DNA from: an uncultured delta proteobacterium
Lineage (GTDB): Bacteria; Desulfobacterota; RBG-13-43-22
DNA: 64,000 bases
Direction: 5' to 3'
Assembly (NCBI GenBank): GCA_963821645.1
Contig: CAWGEQ010000048.1
Span: 44,563 to 108,562 of the forward strand
The position numbers and the translations under genes are program-made. Positions 38,501 through 47,245 of this stretch are shown here, piece by piece. Under the pieces are notes generated by a model. It ran no database searches, was not told the origin of the DNA, and worked only from the letters and a program-made list of their open reading frames with translations. Numbering within the stretch: position 1 is the stretch's first letter; the number at the start of each line of letters is the position of its first letter.

Positions 38501-38618
38501 CACGCCCTGTTCGATAAGATGTCGGAGGGTTTTGCCCTCCATGAAATCATTTGCGACCAGTCCGGCAAACCGACGGACTACCGATTTCTCGACATCAACT
38601 CCGCTTTTGAGACTTTGA
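35583..38618 (+). CDS. CheB-like methylesterase / CheR methyltransferase / coiled-coil / PAS sensor protein; first segment of a ~4.9-kb frameshifted hybrid histidine kinase (the true frame leaves this ORF near 38420)
   Basis: CheB-like [11 protein letters not shown]...LVQHVGP...LSGTGSDG. CheR FFRQPEAW...[17 protein letters not shown]. Heptad region [47 protein letters not shown]. PAS domains follow. Confidence 0.8.
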   Translation: [1011 protein letters not shown]

Positions 38619-39316
38619 CCGGGCTTAAGCGCCAGACCCTGATTGGGAAGACCTTGCTGGAAGTCCTGCCCGACACCGAACCAGTGTGGATAGAAAAATA
38701 CGGTGAGGTGGCTTTGACCGGCCAGTCGATTCATTTTGACCAATATCATGCCGGGCTCTCTAAACATTACGAAGTGTTCGCTTATTGCCCGGCACCGCGC
38801 CTGTTCGCGGTCCTCTTTCTGGACATCACCGAGCGCAAACGGGTTGAAGATTTATTAACGGAAAATGAAAATCGTCTGAAAAGGGCCCAGGAAATCGCCC
38901 ATCTCGGCAGTTGGGAACTCGACGTCGTCAATAACCGGCTTACCTGGTCCGATGAGGTCTACCGGATTTTCGGATTACAACCCCAGGAATTCGCTGCCAC
39001 CTATGAAGCCTTCCTTGAGGCAGTACATCCCGATGATCGAGCGGCGGTGGACGCCGCCTATTCCGGATCACTGCGAGAGGGAAAAGAAAGCTACGAGATC
39101 GAGCACAGGGTTGTTCGAAAATCTACCGGAGAAATACGCTTTGTCCATGAAAAATGTGAGCATGTCAGGGACGAAACCGGCAAAATCATCCGGTCTGTCG
39201 GCATGGTGCAGGACATCACCGAACGCCGACAGACCGAGGAGGCCCTGCGTGAAAGCGAGCGGCGCTATCGCCATCTTTTTGAGTCAATGGACGAGGGTTT
39301 GCCCTTTGTGAGATGA
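38417..39316 (+). CDS. two PAS domains (second segment of the same sensor kinase)
   Basis: This frame continues ...RIYGAEITDRKQVEETLQESEERYHALFDKMSEGFALHEII...DITERKRVEDLL...IAHLGSWELD...VQDITERRQTEEALRESERRY. Confidence 0.75.
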   Translation, partial: SRPVRIYGAEITDRKQVEETLQESEERYHALFDKMSEGFALHEIICDQSGKPTDYRFLDINSAFETLTGLKRQTLIGKTLLEVLPDTEPVWIEKYGEVALTGQSIHFDQYHAGLSKHYEVFAYCPAPRLFAVLFLDITERKRVEDLLTENENRLKRAQEIAHLGSWELDVVNNRLTWSDEVYRIFGLQPQEFAATYEAFLEAVHPDDRAAVDAAYSGSLREGKESYEIEHRVVRKSTGEIRFVHEKCEHVRDETGKIIRSVGMVQDITERRQTEEALRESERRYRHLFESMDEGLPFVR

Positions 39317-39370
39317 TTTACGATGAAGCGGGCAACCAATGGACTTCGCTATCTGGAGTGAATCCGGCCT

Positions 39371-40453
39371 TTGCCAGCTGACGGGCCTGAAGAAGGTTAT
39401 GGGCGAACGGTCAAGGGTGATCCTAGGCATGAGTCCTTCTGGATTGAGTCGTTGATCTGCTACGAACAGGTCCACGGAACGGATGCCCCCCGCCTTCTGC
39501 CCCCATACCATACCCTGGCGGATGGGCAGGAGCATGTCGCCGAAGTGCATGAGGAGCGTCTCGGCGGTGACTTCTTAGTCAGCACTACCCCTGTTTTCGA
39601 TGCCAGGGCGGTTGATCGGTCTGTCCACGTGGCCAGGGACATCACCGAGCGCAAAAAACTGGAAGAGGAAATACGTCGGTCCGGGACGAGCTGGAAATCC
39701 GGGTTCGAGAACGAACTGGCCGTAACCAATGAAGGGCTGGTAATCGAAATTATCGAACGACAGAAGGCCGAGGAAGCCTTACAGAGATCGGAAGATCAAC
39801 TGCGTTCCCTGGCCACCCAGATTCTTTCGGCTCAGGAAACTGAAAGAAAACGGATTGCCCTGGAAGTTCACGACGTCCTGGGGTCGTCCCTGAGCGCCAT
39901 CAAATTCAAGGTGGAAGAGGCATTACATAACAGCAATAACGGGAAGTCGGCGAGGTTAGTCGAATCTCTGGAGGCGGTCATCCCCCTTGTCCAGGATACG
40001 ATCGAAGAGGCCAGAAGGATTCAGAGTGATCTGCGGCCCCCTATGCTGGACGATCTGGGGATCATCGCTACCTTCTCCTGGTTCTGTCGCCGATTTGAAT
40101 CGATTTATTCGGGCATCCGCGTTGAACGAGGAATTTCTATCCAGGAAGAGGAAGTGCCTGATTATCTGAAGATCGGGCTTTTCAGAATTGCCCAGGAAGC
40201 GATGAATAACATCGGGAAACATGCCGGCGCCACGCGGGTGCATCTCGGACTGCGAAAAGTCGAGGGCCAGATAGAACTGACTATTCGGGATAATGGGGAA
40301 GGATTTGAACCGGAAAGTCTTTACAACGGGAATTTGAAAAAAGGGCTGGGTCTGGCCAGCATGAAAGAGCGGGCCGAATTTTCGGGCGGCACTTTTTGCC
40401 TTGAATCCTCCGCGGGGAAAGGAACGGTCATCAGGGCCGTTTGGCCCGTTTGA
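39371..40453 (+). CDS. degraded PAS plus HisKA_3 and HATPase_c (C-terminal segment of the same sensor kinase)
   Basis: H-box ERKRIALEVHDVLGSSL, N-box EAMNNIGKHAGA, G-boxes IRDNGEGF and GLGLASMKERAEFSGG. The 39300-39420 stretch needs several 1-nt corrections to read as PAS (DEGFALCEMIYDEAGN...YLEVNPAFAS). Confidence 0.75.
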   Translation: MPADGPEEGYGRTVKGDPRHESFWIESLICYEQVHGTDAPRLLPPYHTLADGQEHVAEVHEERLGGDFLVSTTPVFDARAVDRSVHVARDITERKKLEEEIRRSGTSWKSGFENELAVTNEGLVIEIIERQKAEEALQRSEDQLRSLATQILSAQETERKRIALEVHDVLGSSLSAIKFKVEEALHNSNNGKSARLVESLEAVIPLVQDTIEEARRIQSDLRPPMLDDLGIIATFSWFCRRFESIYSGIRVERGISIQEEEVPDYLKIGLFRIAQEAMNNIGKHAGATRVHLGLRKVEGQIELTIRDNGEGFEPESLYNGNLKKGLGLASMKERAEFSGGTFCLESSAGKGTVIRAVWPV

Positions 40454-40628
40454 TTGATGATAGGGGGACTGAGATAGGAGGAGAACGGTGAGAAACGGAG
40501 AAAAATCACACCGTACCCGATTCTTATTCATCAATCCTCAATAGGTCCTTGTTCTCCCTTCAAGTAAGAGGAGATTGGGATTATTCCTATATTTTTTCGC
40601 TTTTTGGGGCTGAATTTTTAAATTTGTC

Positions 40629-40656
40629 TTGACGGATTCCCGCCCGCACCTATAAG
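40629..40656 (+). promoter_or_regulatory. candidate sigma-70 promoter of the MarR-RND operon
   Basis: TTGACG (40629-40634), a 16-nt spacer, then TATAAG (40651-40656). Confidence 0.5.
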
Positions 40657-40682
40657 TTGTCATGACAATGTTGTCATGACAA
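40657..40682. promoter_or_regulatory. tandem perfect palindromes, putative MarR operator
   Basis: TTGTCATGACAA (40657-40668), tg, TTGTCATGACAA (40671-40682). It lies immediately downstream of the -10 and 33 nt upstream of the MarR ATG. Confidence 0.65.
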
Positions 40683-40714
40683 CTTTTTTATTTTGATCTC
40701 CCGGAAAAATACCC

Positions 40715-41204
40715 ATGAAAAAGAAGAACGCTCTTCTGTATGAAGCCTTAGGCTTCTGGATCTATAGACTGTACAATCAGGGAAGTAACCTTCTACGGAA
40801 GACCTTCCAGGCCGAGGGGTATCGACCTGACGCCGGAACAATGGGGTGTACTGACCCGTCTGCGGGAAGAGGAGGGGATGAACCAGAGTCATTTAGGCGA
40901 AAAAACGTTTAAAGACCGGCATAACATCACCAGGATCCTGAACCTGCTGGAAAGACGGGGGTGCATCGAACGCCGGGCCGATAAAGCCGACAAGAGGGTT
41001 TATCGCCTTTTTTTAACCAAAACCGGGCAGAAGGTGCAAGAGAATCTGGGGGCCATCGTCCTGACCCATCGGGAGGCGATATTTGAAGGGTTGAGCCGGG
41101 AGGATATCGTTACCATGCAAAGGATCGTCGAGCATATTGTGAAAAATGTGGAAAGAAGATTTGAGGCCATCGCCGTGTCAAGGAGGATAAAGAATGGCTT
41201 TTAA
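40715..41204 (+). CDS. MarR-family transcriptional regulator, frameshifted at a G4 run (40816-40819)
   Basis: ORF 40715..40912 leaves the true frame after FQAEG. The frame of ORF 40878..41204, read upstream of its listed Met, gives the expected GIDLTPEQWGVLTRLREEEGMNQSHLGEKTFKDRHNITRILNLLERRG. Confidence 0.75.
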
Positions 41205-42402
41205 AGACAGGCTAAGATCGTATTTGGGCCTGAGCATCCTTATCATGGCCGGGTTGCTGCTTTTGACCGCGGGATGCCAAAAAGTCCAAACCAAAGAAGT
41301 CCCCCCGGTGCCCTCGGTAGAGGTGGCGGAAGTCGTGGCTAAGGATGTCCCCATCTATTCGGAATGGACCGCTTCAACCGATGGTTTCGTCAATGCCACC
41401 ATTCGGGCCCAAGTCCAGGGTTATCTGGTCGAGCAGGATTATAAGGATGGGGATTTTGTCCTGAAAGGGCAGATCTTGTTTAAGATCGATCCGCGCACCT
41501 TCCAGGCGGCTTTGGAGCAAGCCAGGGGGCAGCTTACCGAGCAGATGGCCAGGTGGGAAAACGCCCGGGCCAATCTCGAGCGTATCAAACCCCTGGTTGA
41601 GCAGAAGGCCGTCAGTATGAAGGACTTCGATGAAGCCGTCGGTACGGAGCAGGCAACCCATGCGGCGGTGATCGCCGCCCAGGCGGTGGTTGAAAAGGCC
41701 CAGTTGGACCTGGGGTTCACCAAGGTCATCTCTCCCATCGACGGCATCGCCGGGATTGCCCGGACCCAATTAGGCAACCTGGTGGGACCCGGGTCCATCG
41801 AGGAATTGACCATGGTCTCAACTGTCAACCCGATCAAGGTCTTCATCCCCATGAGCGAACAGGAATACCTGAAATACGTAGTCAACGGCCACGGTAGGGC
41901 TCAGCAGATACCATTGGAATTGATCCTGGCCGACGAAAAGGTCCATCCGTACAAAGGAACCTTTGCCTTTGCCGCCCGACAGGTGGATGTCCGGACCGGC
42001 ACGATCAGGGTCGCGGCCTTATTTCCCAATCCGGGAAATGTGCTCCGGCCCGGTCAGTTTGCCCGGGTCCGGGCCCAGACCATGATCAAGAAAGGGGCCC
42101 TCCTGGTGCCTCAGCGGGCGGTCGTGGAACTGCAGGGAAAATATCAGGTGGCCGTGGTCAACTCCGACAACCAGGTGACCATCAAACAGGTCAAACCGGC
42201 CGAACGGGTGGGGAACCTCTGGGTGATTGAAGAAGGCTTAAGACCCGCAGAGCAGGTCGTCGCCGAAGGGCTTCAGAAGATCAAGGACGGAACGGTCGTT
42301 ACGACCAAGCCCTTCCACCCCGATACCGGGACCCCCCCTGAGATCAAGCCCCGGGTCAAGACCGAGCTCCAACCGGCAGCGCCCAAGGCCGGGAAAAATT
42401 AG
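41194..42402 (+). CDS. RND efflux periplasmic adaptor (membrane fusion protein), lipoprotein
   Basis: Lipobox LLLTAGC and HlyD/AcrA-type barrel-sandwich and coiled-coil regions. Confidence 0.85.
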   Translation: MAFKDRLRSYLGLSILIMAGLLLLTAGCQKVQTKEVPPVPSVEVAEVVAKDVPIYSEWTASTDGFVNATIRAQVQGYLVEQDYKDGDFVLKGQILFKIDPRTFQAALEQARGQLTEQMARWENARANLERIKPLVEQKAVSMKDFDEAVGTEQATHAAVIAAQAVVEKAQLDLGFTKVISPIDGIAGIARTQLGNLVGPGSIEELTMVSTVNPIKVFIPMSEQEYLKYVVNGHGRAQQIPLELILADEKVHPYKGTFAFAARQVDVRTGTIRVAALFPNPGNVLRPGQFARVRAQTMIKKGALLVPQRAVVELQGKYQVAVVNSDNQVTIKQVKPAERVGNLWVIEEGLRPAEQVVAEGLQKIKDGTVVTTKPFHPDTGTPPEIKPRVKTELQPAAPKAGKN

Positions 42403-42413
42403 GGGTAGGCCGC

Positions 42414-45400
42414 ATGTCGAAGTTCTTTATCAATCGCCCCATTGTGGCCATGGTCATTTCCATTTTGTTTGTCATCCTGGGTTTGGTGGCCATGAAAGGC
42501 TTGCCCGTGGCCCAGTTTCCGGAGATCGTGCCCCCGGAGATCCAACTCTACGCCACTTATCCCGGTGCCGATGCCGAAACCGTGGAACAATCCGTAGCCA
42601 CTCCCATCGAACAGCAGATCAGCGGCGTGGACAACATGAGCTATATGTATTCCGTGAATGCCAGCAACGGGACCATGCGGATGTTCGTCGATTTCGATGT
42701 CAAGACCGACCCCAACACGGATTTGATCTTTACCCAGATGCGGCAAAACCAGGCCCAGCCCCAGCTTCCCCTGGATGTGCGCAATTACGGGGTGACCATG
42801 GTCAAATCCAGGGCCGCCCCGATGCTGCTCGTCGGTCTCACCTCCCCCAAAGGCAGTTACAGCGCGGCTTTTTTGGCCAACTACGCCAATATCAACCTGG
42901 TCGACCAGCTTTTGCGTGTGCCCGGTATCGGTCAGGTGGCCATCTTCGGTGCCGGCCCTTATGCCCTGCGCATCTGGGTCAAACCCGACACCCTGGGCAA
43001 GCTGGGCATGACTGTTTCCGATATCATCAACGCCATCCAGAAACAAAATACCGTCAATCCGGCCGGACAGGTCGGCAGCGAACCCGCCCCTCCCGGACAG
43101 GAATACACCTACACGGTGCGCGCCCAGGGTCGTCTGGTATCCGAGGAGGAATTCGGGGCCATTGTGGTCCGAGCCAACTCCGATGGCTCGATCGTCCGGT
43201 TGAAGGACGTGGCCCGGATCGAATTAGGGACCCAGACTTACACGATCAACGGCCGCATCGACGGCCGGCCGGCCGGGATCATGGCCATCTACCAGCTCCC
43301 CGGTTCCAATGCCCTGGCCACGGTCCAGGCCATCAAAAAGTTGATGGGCGACGCCAAGAAAAGGTTTCCGGCCGACCTGGATTACACCGTGGCCTTAGAT
43401 ACCACCAGGTCCATCAACGAGGGAATCAAGGAGATCGTCATTACCCTTTTGGAAGCCTTGCTTCTGGTCATCCTGGTGGTCTTTCTCTTTCTCCAGGGCT
43501 GGAGGGCCACCCTTATCCCGGCCCTGGCCGTTCCGGTCTCCCTGATCGGCACCTTTGCCGTCTTTCCTTTGTTGGGGTTCTCCATCAACACCCTGTCGCT
43601 CTTCGGCCTGGTTCTGGCCATCGGCCTGGTGGTCGATGACGCCATCATTGTCGTGGAGGCGGTGGAGCGCCACATCGGAGAAGGTCTGGCCCCCAAGGAG
43701 GCCGCCATCAAGGCCATGGGCGAGGTTTCCGGGCCGGTCATGGCCATTGCCCTGATTTTAAGCGCCGTCTTCGTCCCCACCATATTTATTCCGGGGATCA
43801 CCGGCCGGCTCTACCAGCAGTTTGCCGTAACCATCGCCATCTCGGTCCTCATCTCGGCCTTTAATGCCCTGACTTTGAGCCCGGCCCTCTGCGCCCTGCT
43901 GCTAAAACCCCGGAAAGAGACCCGGGGACCTTTGGGTGTCTTCTTCGGCTGGTTCAACCGCTCCTTCGGCCGGGCCTCAAAAGGATATATCCGTCTCTGC
44001 GGGACCCTCATCCGTAAGAGCGCCCTGAGCCTTATTCTGTTGGCCGGGATAGCCCTGCTCGGCGGTCTTTTAGGTAAAGGCATCCCCCACGGGTTTCTGC
44101 CCGAAGAAGACCTGGGATATATGTACGTCAACGTGACTTTGCCCAACGCCGCCTCTCTCCAGCGCACGGACGCCGCCTGTAAAAAAATTGAGGAGATCCT
44201 CCGGAATACCCCCGGCGTCGAACATTACCAGACCATCGTCGGTATCAGCCTGATGAGCATCGCCCAAAACACCTACAGCGGCTTCTTTTTTGTGACCCTC
44301 AAGGAGTGGAAGGAGCGGAAGAGGCCGGAAGAACAGTACCAGGCCATCATGGCCCATCTGAACAGCGAATTGGGCAAGCTGCCTGAGGCCGTGGCCTTTG
44401 CCTTTCCCCCCCCGGCCATTCAAGGCATCGGGTTGGCCGGCGGAGCCACCCTGGTGCTCGAGGACCGGGCCGGCAAACCCATCTCTTTTTTGGCTGAAAA
44501 TGTCAATAAATTCCTCTCGGCCGCCCGCAAAAGACCGGAATTGGCCAGGGTGACGACCACCCTTCTTCCGTCCGTGCCCCAGCTCTTTGCCAAGGTGGAC
44601 CGCGACAAGGTGCTCAAACAGGGGGTTGACCTTAGCGAGGTCTACCAGACTCTCCAGACCTTTATGGGAGGATATTTCATAAACTTTTTTAACCGTTTCG
44701 GACGGCAGTGGCAGGTCTTTGTCCAGGCCGAAGGGGAATACCGCACCAAGGCCGAAGATGTCCGGCAATTCTATGTGCATAACGACAAGGGGGATTATGT
44801 GCCGCTGTCGGCCTTGACCACCATGGAGTTCCGGCCCGGTCCTGAGTTCACCATGCGCTACAATCTCTACCGCTCGGCCCAGGTCAACGCCATGGGCAAG
44901 CCCGGTTTCAGCTCGGGTCAGGTCATGAAGGCCCTGGAAGAGGTCTTTCATCAGACCATGCCCGGTGAAATGGGGCTGGATTACATCGGGATGAGCTTTC
45001 AGGAAAAAAAGGCCCAGGAAGGGATTCCGGCTTCGGCCATTTTCGGATTTTCCCTGCTCTGTGTCTTTCTCATACTGGCGGCCCTTTACGAGAGCTGGTC
45101 CCTGCCCTTTAGTGTGCTGCTCTGCACTCCGGTGGCCGTTTTCGGGGCCTTCGCCGGTATTTGGCTCACCGGCCAGGTGAACAATATCTACGCCCAGATC
45201 GGTCTCATCGTCCTCATCGGCCTGGGTGCCAAGAATGCCATCCTGATCGTCGAGTTTGCCAAGGCCCGGCATGAGCGGGGGAGTCCCCTGGCTGATGCCG
45301 CCCTGGAGGGGGCCCGTCTTCGTCTCAGGCCGATCCTGATGACCTCCTTCGCTTTTCTTCTGGGTGTGCTCCCCCTGGTTTTTTCAACGGGCGCCGGCGC

Positions 45401-45563
45401 CGTGGCCCGGCGGATCATGGGCACGGCGGTCATGGGAGGAACCACCGCCGCCTCGTTGATCGCTATTTTCCTGATCCCGGTGACCTTCTACGTGGTGGAA
45501 AAATTCTTCAGGCCCGGGAAGAAAAAGGACCGGGAGAAAGAAAAGGAGGCAGACCATGTTTAA
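42414..45563 (+). CDS. RND multidrug efflux permease (AcrB/MexB family)
   Basis: 1049 aa starting MSKFFINRPIVAMVISI, with a 12-TMS/two-large-loop architecture and conserved GLVVDDAIIVVE. Confidence 0.9.
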   Translation: MSKFFINRPIVAMVISILFVILGLVAMKGLPVAQFPEIVPPEIQLYATYPGADAETVEQSVATPIEQQISGVDNMSYMYSVNASNGTMRMFVDFDVKTDPNTDLIFTQMRQNQAQPQLPLDVRNYGVTMVKSRAAPMLLVGLTSPKGSYSAAFLANYANINLVDQLLRVPGIGQVAIFGAGPYALRIWVKPDTLGKLGMTVSDIINAIQKQNTVNPAGQVGSEPAPPGQEYTYTVRAQGRLVSEEEFGAIVVRANSDGSIVRLKDVARIELGTQTYTINGRIDGRPAGIMAIYQLPGSNALATVQAIKKLMGDAKKRFPADLDYTVALDTTRSINEGIKEIVITLLEALLLVILVVFLFLQGWRATLIPALAVPVSLIGTFAVFPLLGFSINTLSLFGLVLAIGLVVDDAIIVVEAVERHIGEGLAPKEAAIKAMGEVSGPVMAIALILSAVFVPTIFIPGITGRLYQQFAVTIAISVLISAFNALTLSPALCALLLKPRKETRGPLGVFFGWFNRSFGRASKGYIRLCGTLIRKSALSLILLAGIALLGGLLGKGIPHGFLPEEDLGYMYVNVTLPNAASLQRTDAACKKIEEILRNTPGVEHYQTIVGISLMSIAQNTYSGFFFVTLKEWKERKRPEEQYQAIMAHLNSELGKLPEAVAFAFPPPAIQGIGLAGGATLVLEDRAGKPISFLAENVNKFLSAARKRPELARVTTTLLPSVPQLFAKVDRDKVLKQGVDLSEVYQTLQTFMGGYFINFFNRFGRQWQVFVQAEGEYRTKAEDVRQFYVHNDKGDYVPLSALTTMEFRPGPEFTMRYNLYRSAQVNAMGKPGFSSGQVMKALEEVFHQTMPGEMGLDYIGMSFQEKKAQEGIPASAIFGFSLLCVFLILAALYESWSLPFSVLLCTPVAVFGAFAGIWLTGQVNNIYAQIGLIVLIGLGAKNAILIVEFAKARHERGSPLADAALEGARLRLRPILMTSFAFLLGVLPLVFSTGAGAVARRIMGTAVMGGTTAASLIAIFLIPVTFYVVEKFFRPGKKKDREKEKEADHV

Positions 45564-46968
45564 AGGGATCGTGGTCCTCTGCTCGGCCCTGATCATCTCG
45601 GCCTGTACCCTCGGGCCTGATTACCGTCGCCCGACTATGGACATCCCCTCGTCCTGGCGTTTTGAAGAAAAAGAAGCCAGGGATGCGGCCAATACCGCCT
45701 GGTGGGGGCAGTTCGAGGATCCGGTCTTGAATGAGTTGATCGCCATGGCCCTTAAAGAGAACCTGGATCTTAAGACCGCTGCCTTGAGGGTCGAGGAATT
45801 CATCGGACGGTACGGCCTTTCCAGGTCCGGGCTCTTTCCCCAGGTTGGTGCCACGGGCATCGGCCAGAGAAAGTCCCTAACCCAATACAGCAATCCTCCC
45901 TTTCCTTCAACGTCCGACAACACCTATTACGATTTTCAGACACTCCTGACGGCCAGTTGGGAGATCGATGTCTGGGGGCGGCTCCGGAGGTCCACGGAAG
46001 CGGCCCGGGCCGATCTTTTGAGTACCGAAGAGGGACGGCGGGCAGTCATCATGACCGTAGTGACCGCGGTGGCCACGGCCTACACGGACCTCCGGGACCT
46101 TGATAAACAGCTTGAAATTGCCCAAAGGACCGCTAAAAGCCGCGAAGATTCTTTCAAACTTTTCAATCTCCGTTTTGAGCGGGGTCTGATTTCGGAACTG
46201 GAGTTGCGGCAAATCGATTCGGAGTACCAATCGGCCTTGGCGACCATCTCGTTACTTCAGAAGCTGATCCTCCAACAGGAGAATGGCCTGAGCCTATTAC
46301 TTGGGCACAACCCGGGTCCAATTACGCGGGGCAAAACCCTGGACCTTCTTGTTCTGCCGGCTGTTCCGGCCGGGGTCCCTTCGCAGCTCCTGGAAAGACG
46401 CCCGGATATCCGTCAGGCCGAGCAGGACCTTATTGCCGCCAATGCCCGGATAGGGGTGGCCAAGGCCCTTTATTTCCCGACCATTTCCCTGACCGGTTTT
46501 TTAGGGCTGGAAAGCACCGACCTGTCCAGTCTCTTCAGCGGACCGGCCAGGACCTGGAATTATGCGGCCCAGATCACAATGCCTCTTTTCTCAGCGGGCG
46601 GTATCGCCGGGACCATTAAGGCCACCGAGGCCCTACAGCAACAAGCCTTGGTTCGTTACCAGCAGGCCATCCAGACGGCCTTCAGAGAGGTAGAGGATGC
46701 CTTGATCGATCAGGCCAAGTCGAGGGAGCAACTTGAAAGGCAAAAAAAACAGGTGGAGGCTTTACAGAAATACCTGGGGCTGGCCAGGTTACGTTATGAA
46801 AACGGCTATACCAGTTATCTGGAAGTCCTCGACGCCGAGCGGGGCCTCTTCAATGCCGAGCTTTCCTATACCCAGACCCAAGGTGTTTTATTTCGGGCCC
46901 TGGTCAACCTTTACAAGTTCATGGGCGGGGGCTGGGCGGTTGACGCCGATAAACTGACCGGAGGATGA
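45556..46968 (+). CDS. outer-membrane factor lipoprotein (NodT/OprM family)
   Basis: Lipobox LIISAC, PDYRRP motif and duplicated TolC-like repeats. Confidence 0.85.
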   Translation: MFKGIVVLCSALIISACTLGPDYRRPTMDIPSSWRFEEKEARDAANTAWWGQFEDPVLNELIAMALKENLDLKTAALRVEEFIGRYGLSRSGLFPQVGATGIGQRKSLTQYSNPPFPSTSDNTYYDFQTLLTASWEIDVWGRLRRSTEAARADLLSTEEGRRAVIMTVVTAVATAYTDLRDLDKQLEIAQRTAKSREDSFKLFNLRFERGLISELELRQIDSEYQSALATISLLQKLILQQENGLSLLLGHNPGPITRGKTLDLLVLPAVPAGVPSQLLERRPDIRQAEQDLIAANARIGVAKALYFPTISLTGFLGLESTDLSSLFSGPARTWNYAAQITMPLFSAGGIAGTIKATEALQQQALVRYQQAIQTAFREVEDALIDQAKSREQLERQKKQVEALQKYLGLARLRYENGYTSYLEVLDAERGLFNAELSYTQTQGVLFRALVNLYKFMGGGWAVDADKLTGG

Positions 46969-47148
46969 AAAGCTAAAGATACCCCTCAATTCAATCTTCA
47001 AACTCCATAATAAATATTCCTTCAGGTTCATTGCTCTTCAGAAGGCCTTGAGGCACGCCCCGGTTTTCTCAAAATACCGTCCCTTTTCAAGAAATATACT
47101 GTCCAACCATTATTTATTTCCGGAGATAAGGTTGATAAGATATTAAAC

Positions 47149-47180
47149 CCTCATGCCCCAAGTGGCATGAGGATTAGTTT
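47149..47180 (+). terminator. possible terminator downstream of the efflux operon
   Basis: CCTCATGCC (47149-47157) pairs with GGCATGAGG (47164-47172), followed by attagtttt. Confidence 0.4.
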
Positions 47181-47245
47181 TAAAAAATGGGTCCCGTGGT
47201 GGGAGGAAATGACCGAGGGCTTTATTTCCGAAGGGAGCCAGGGAG

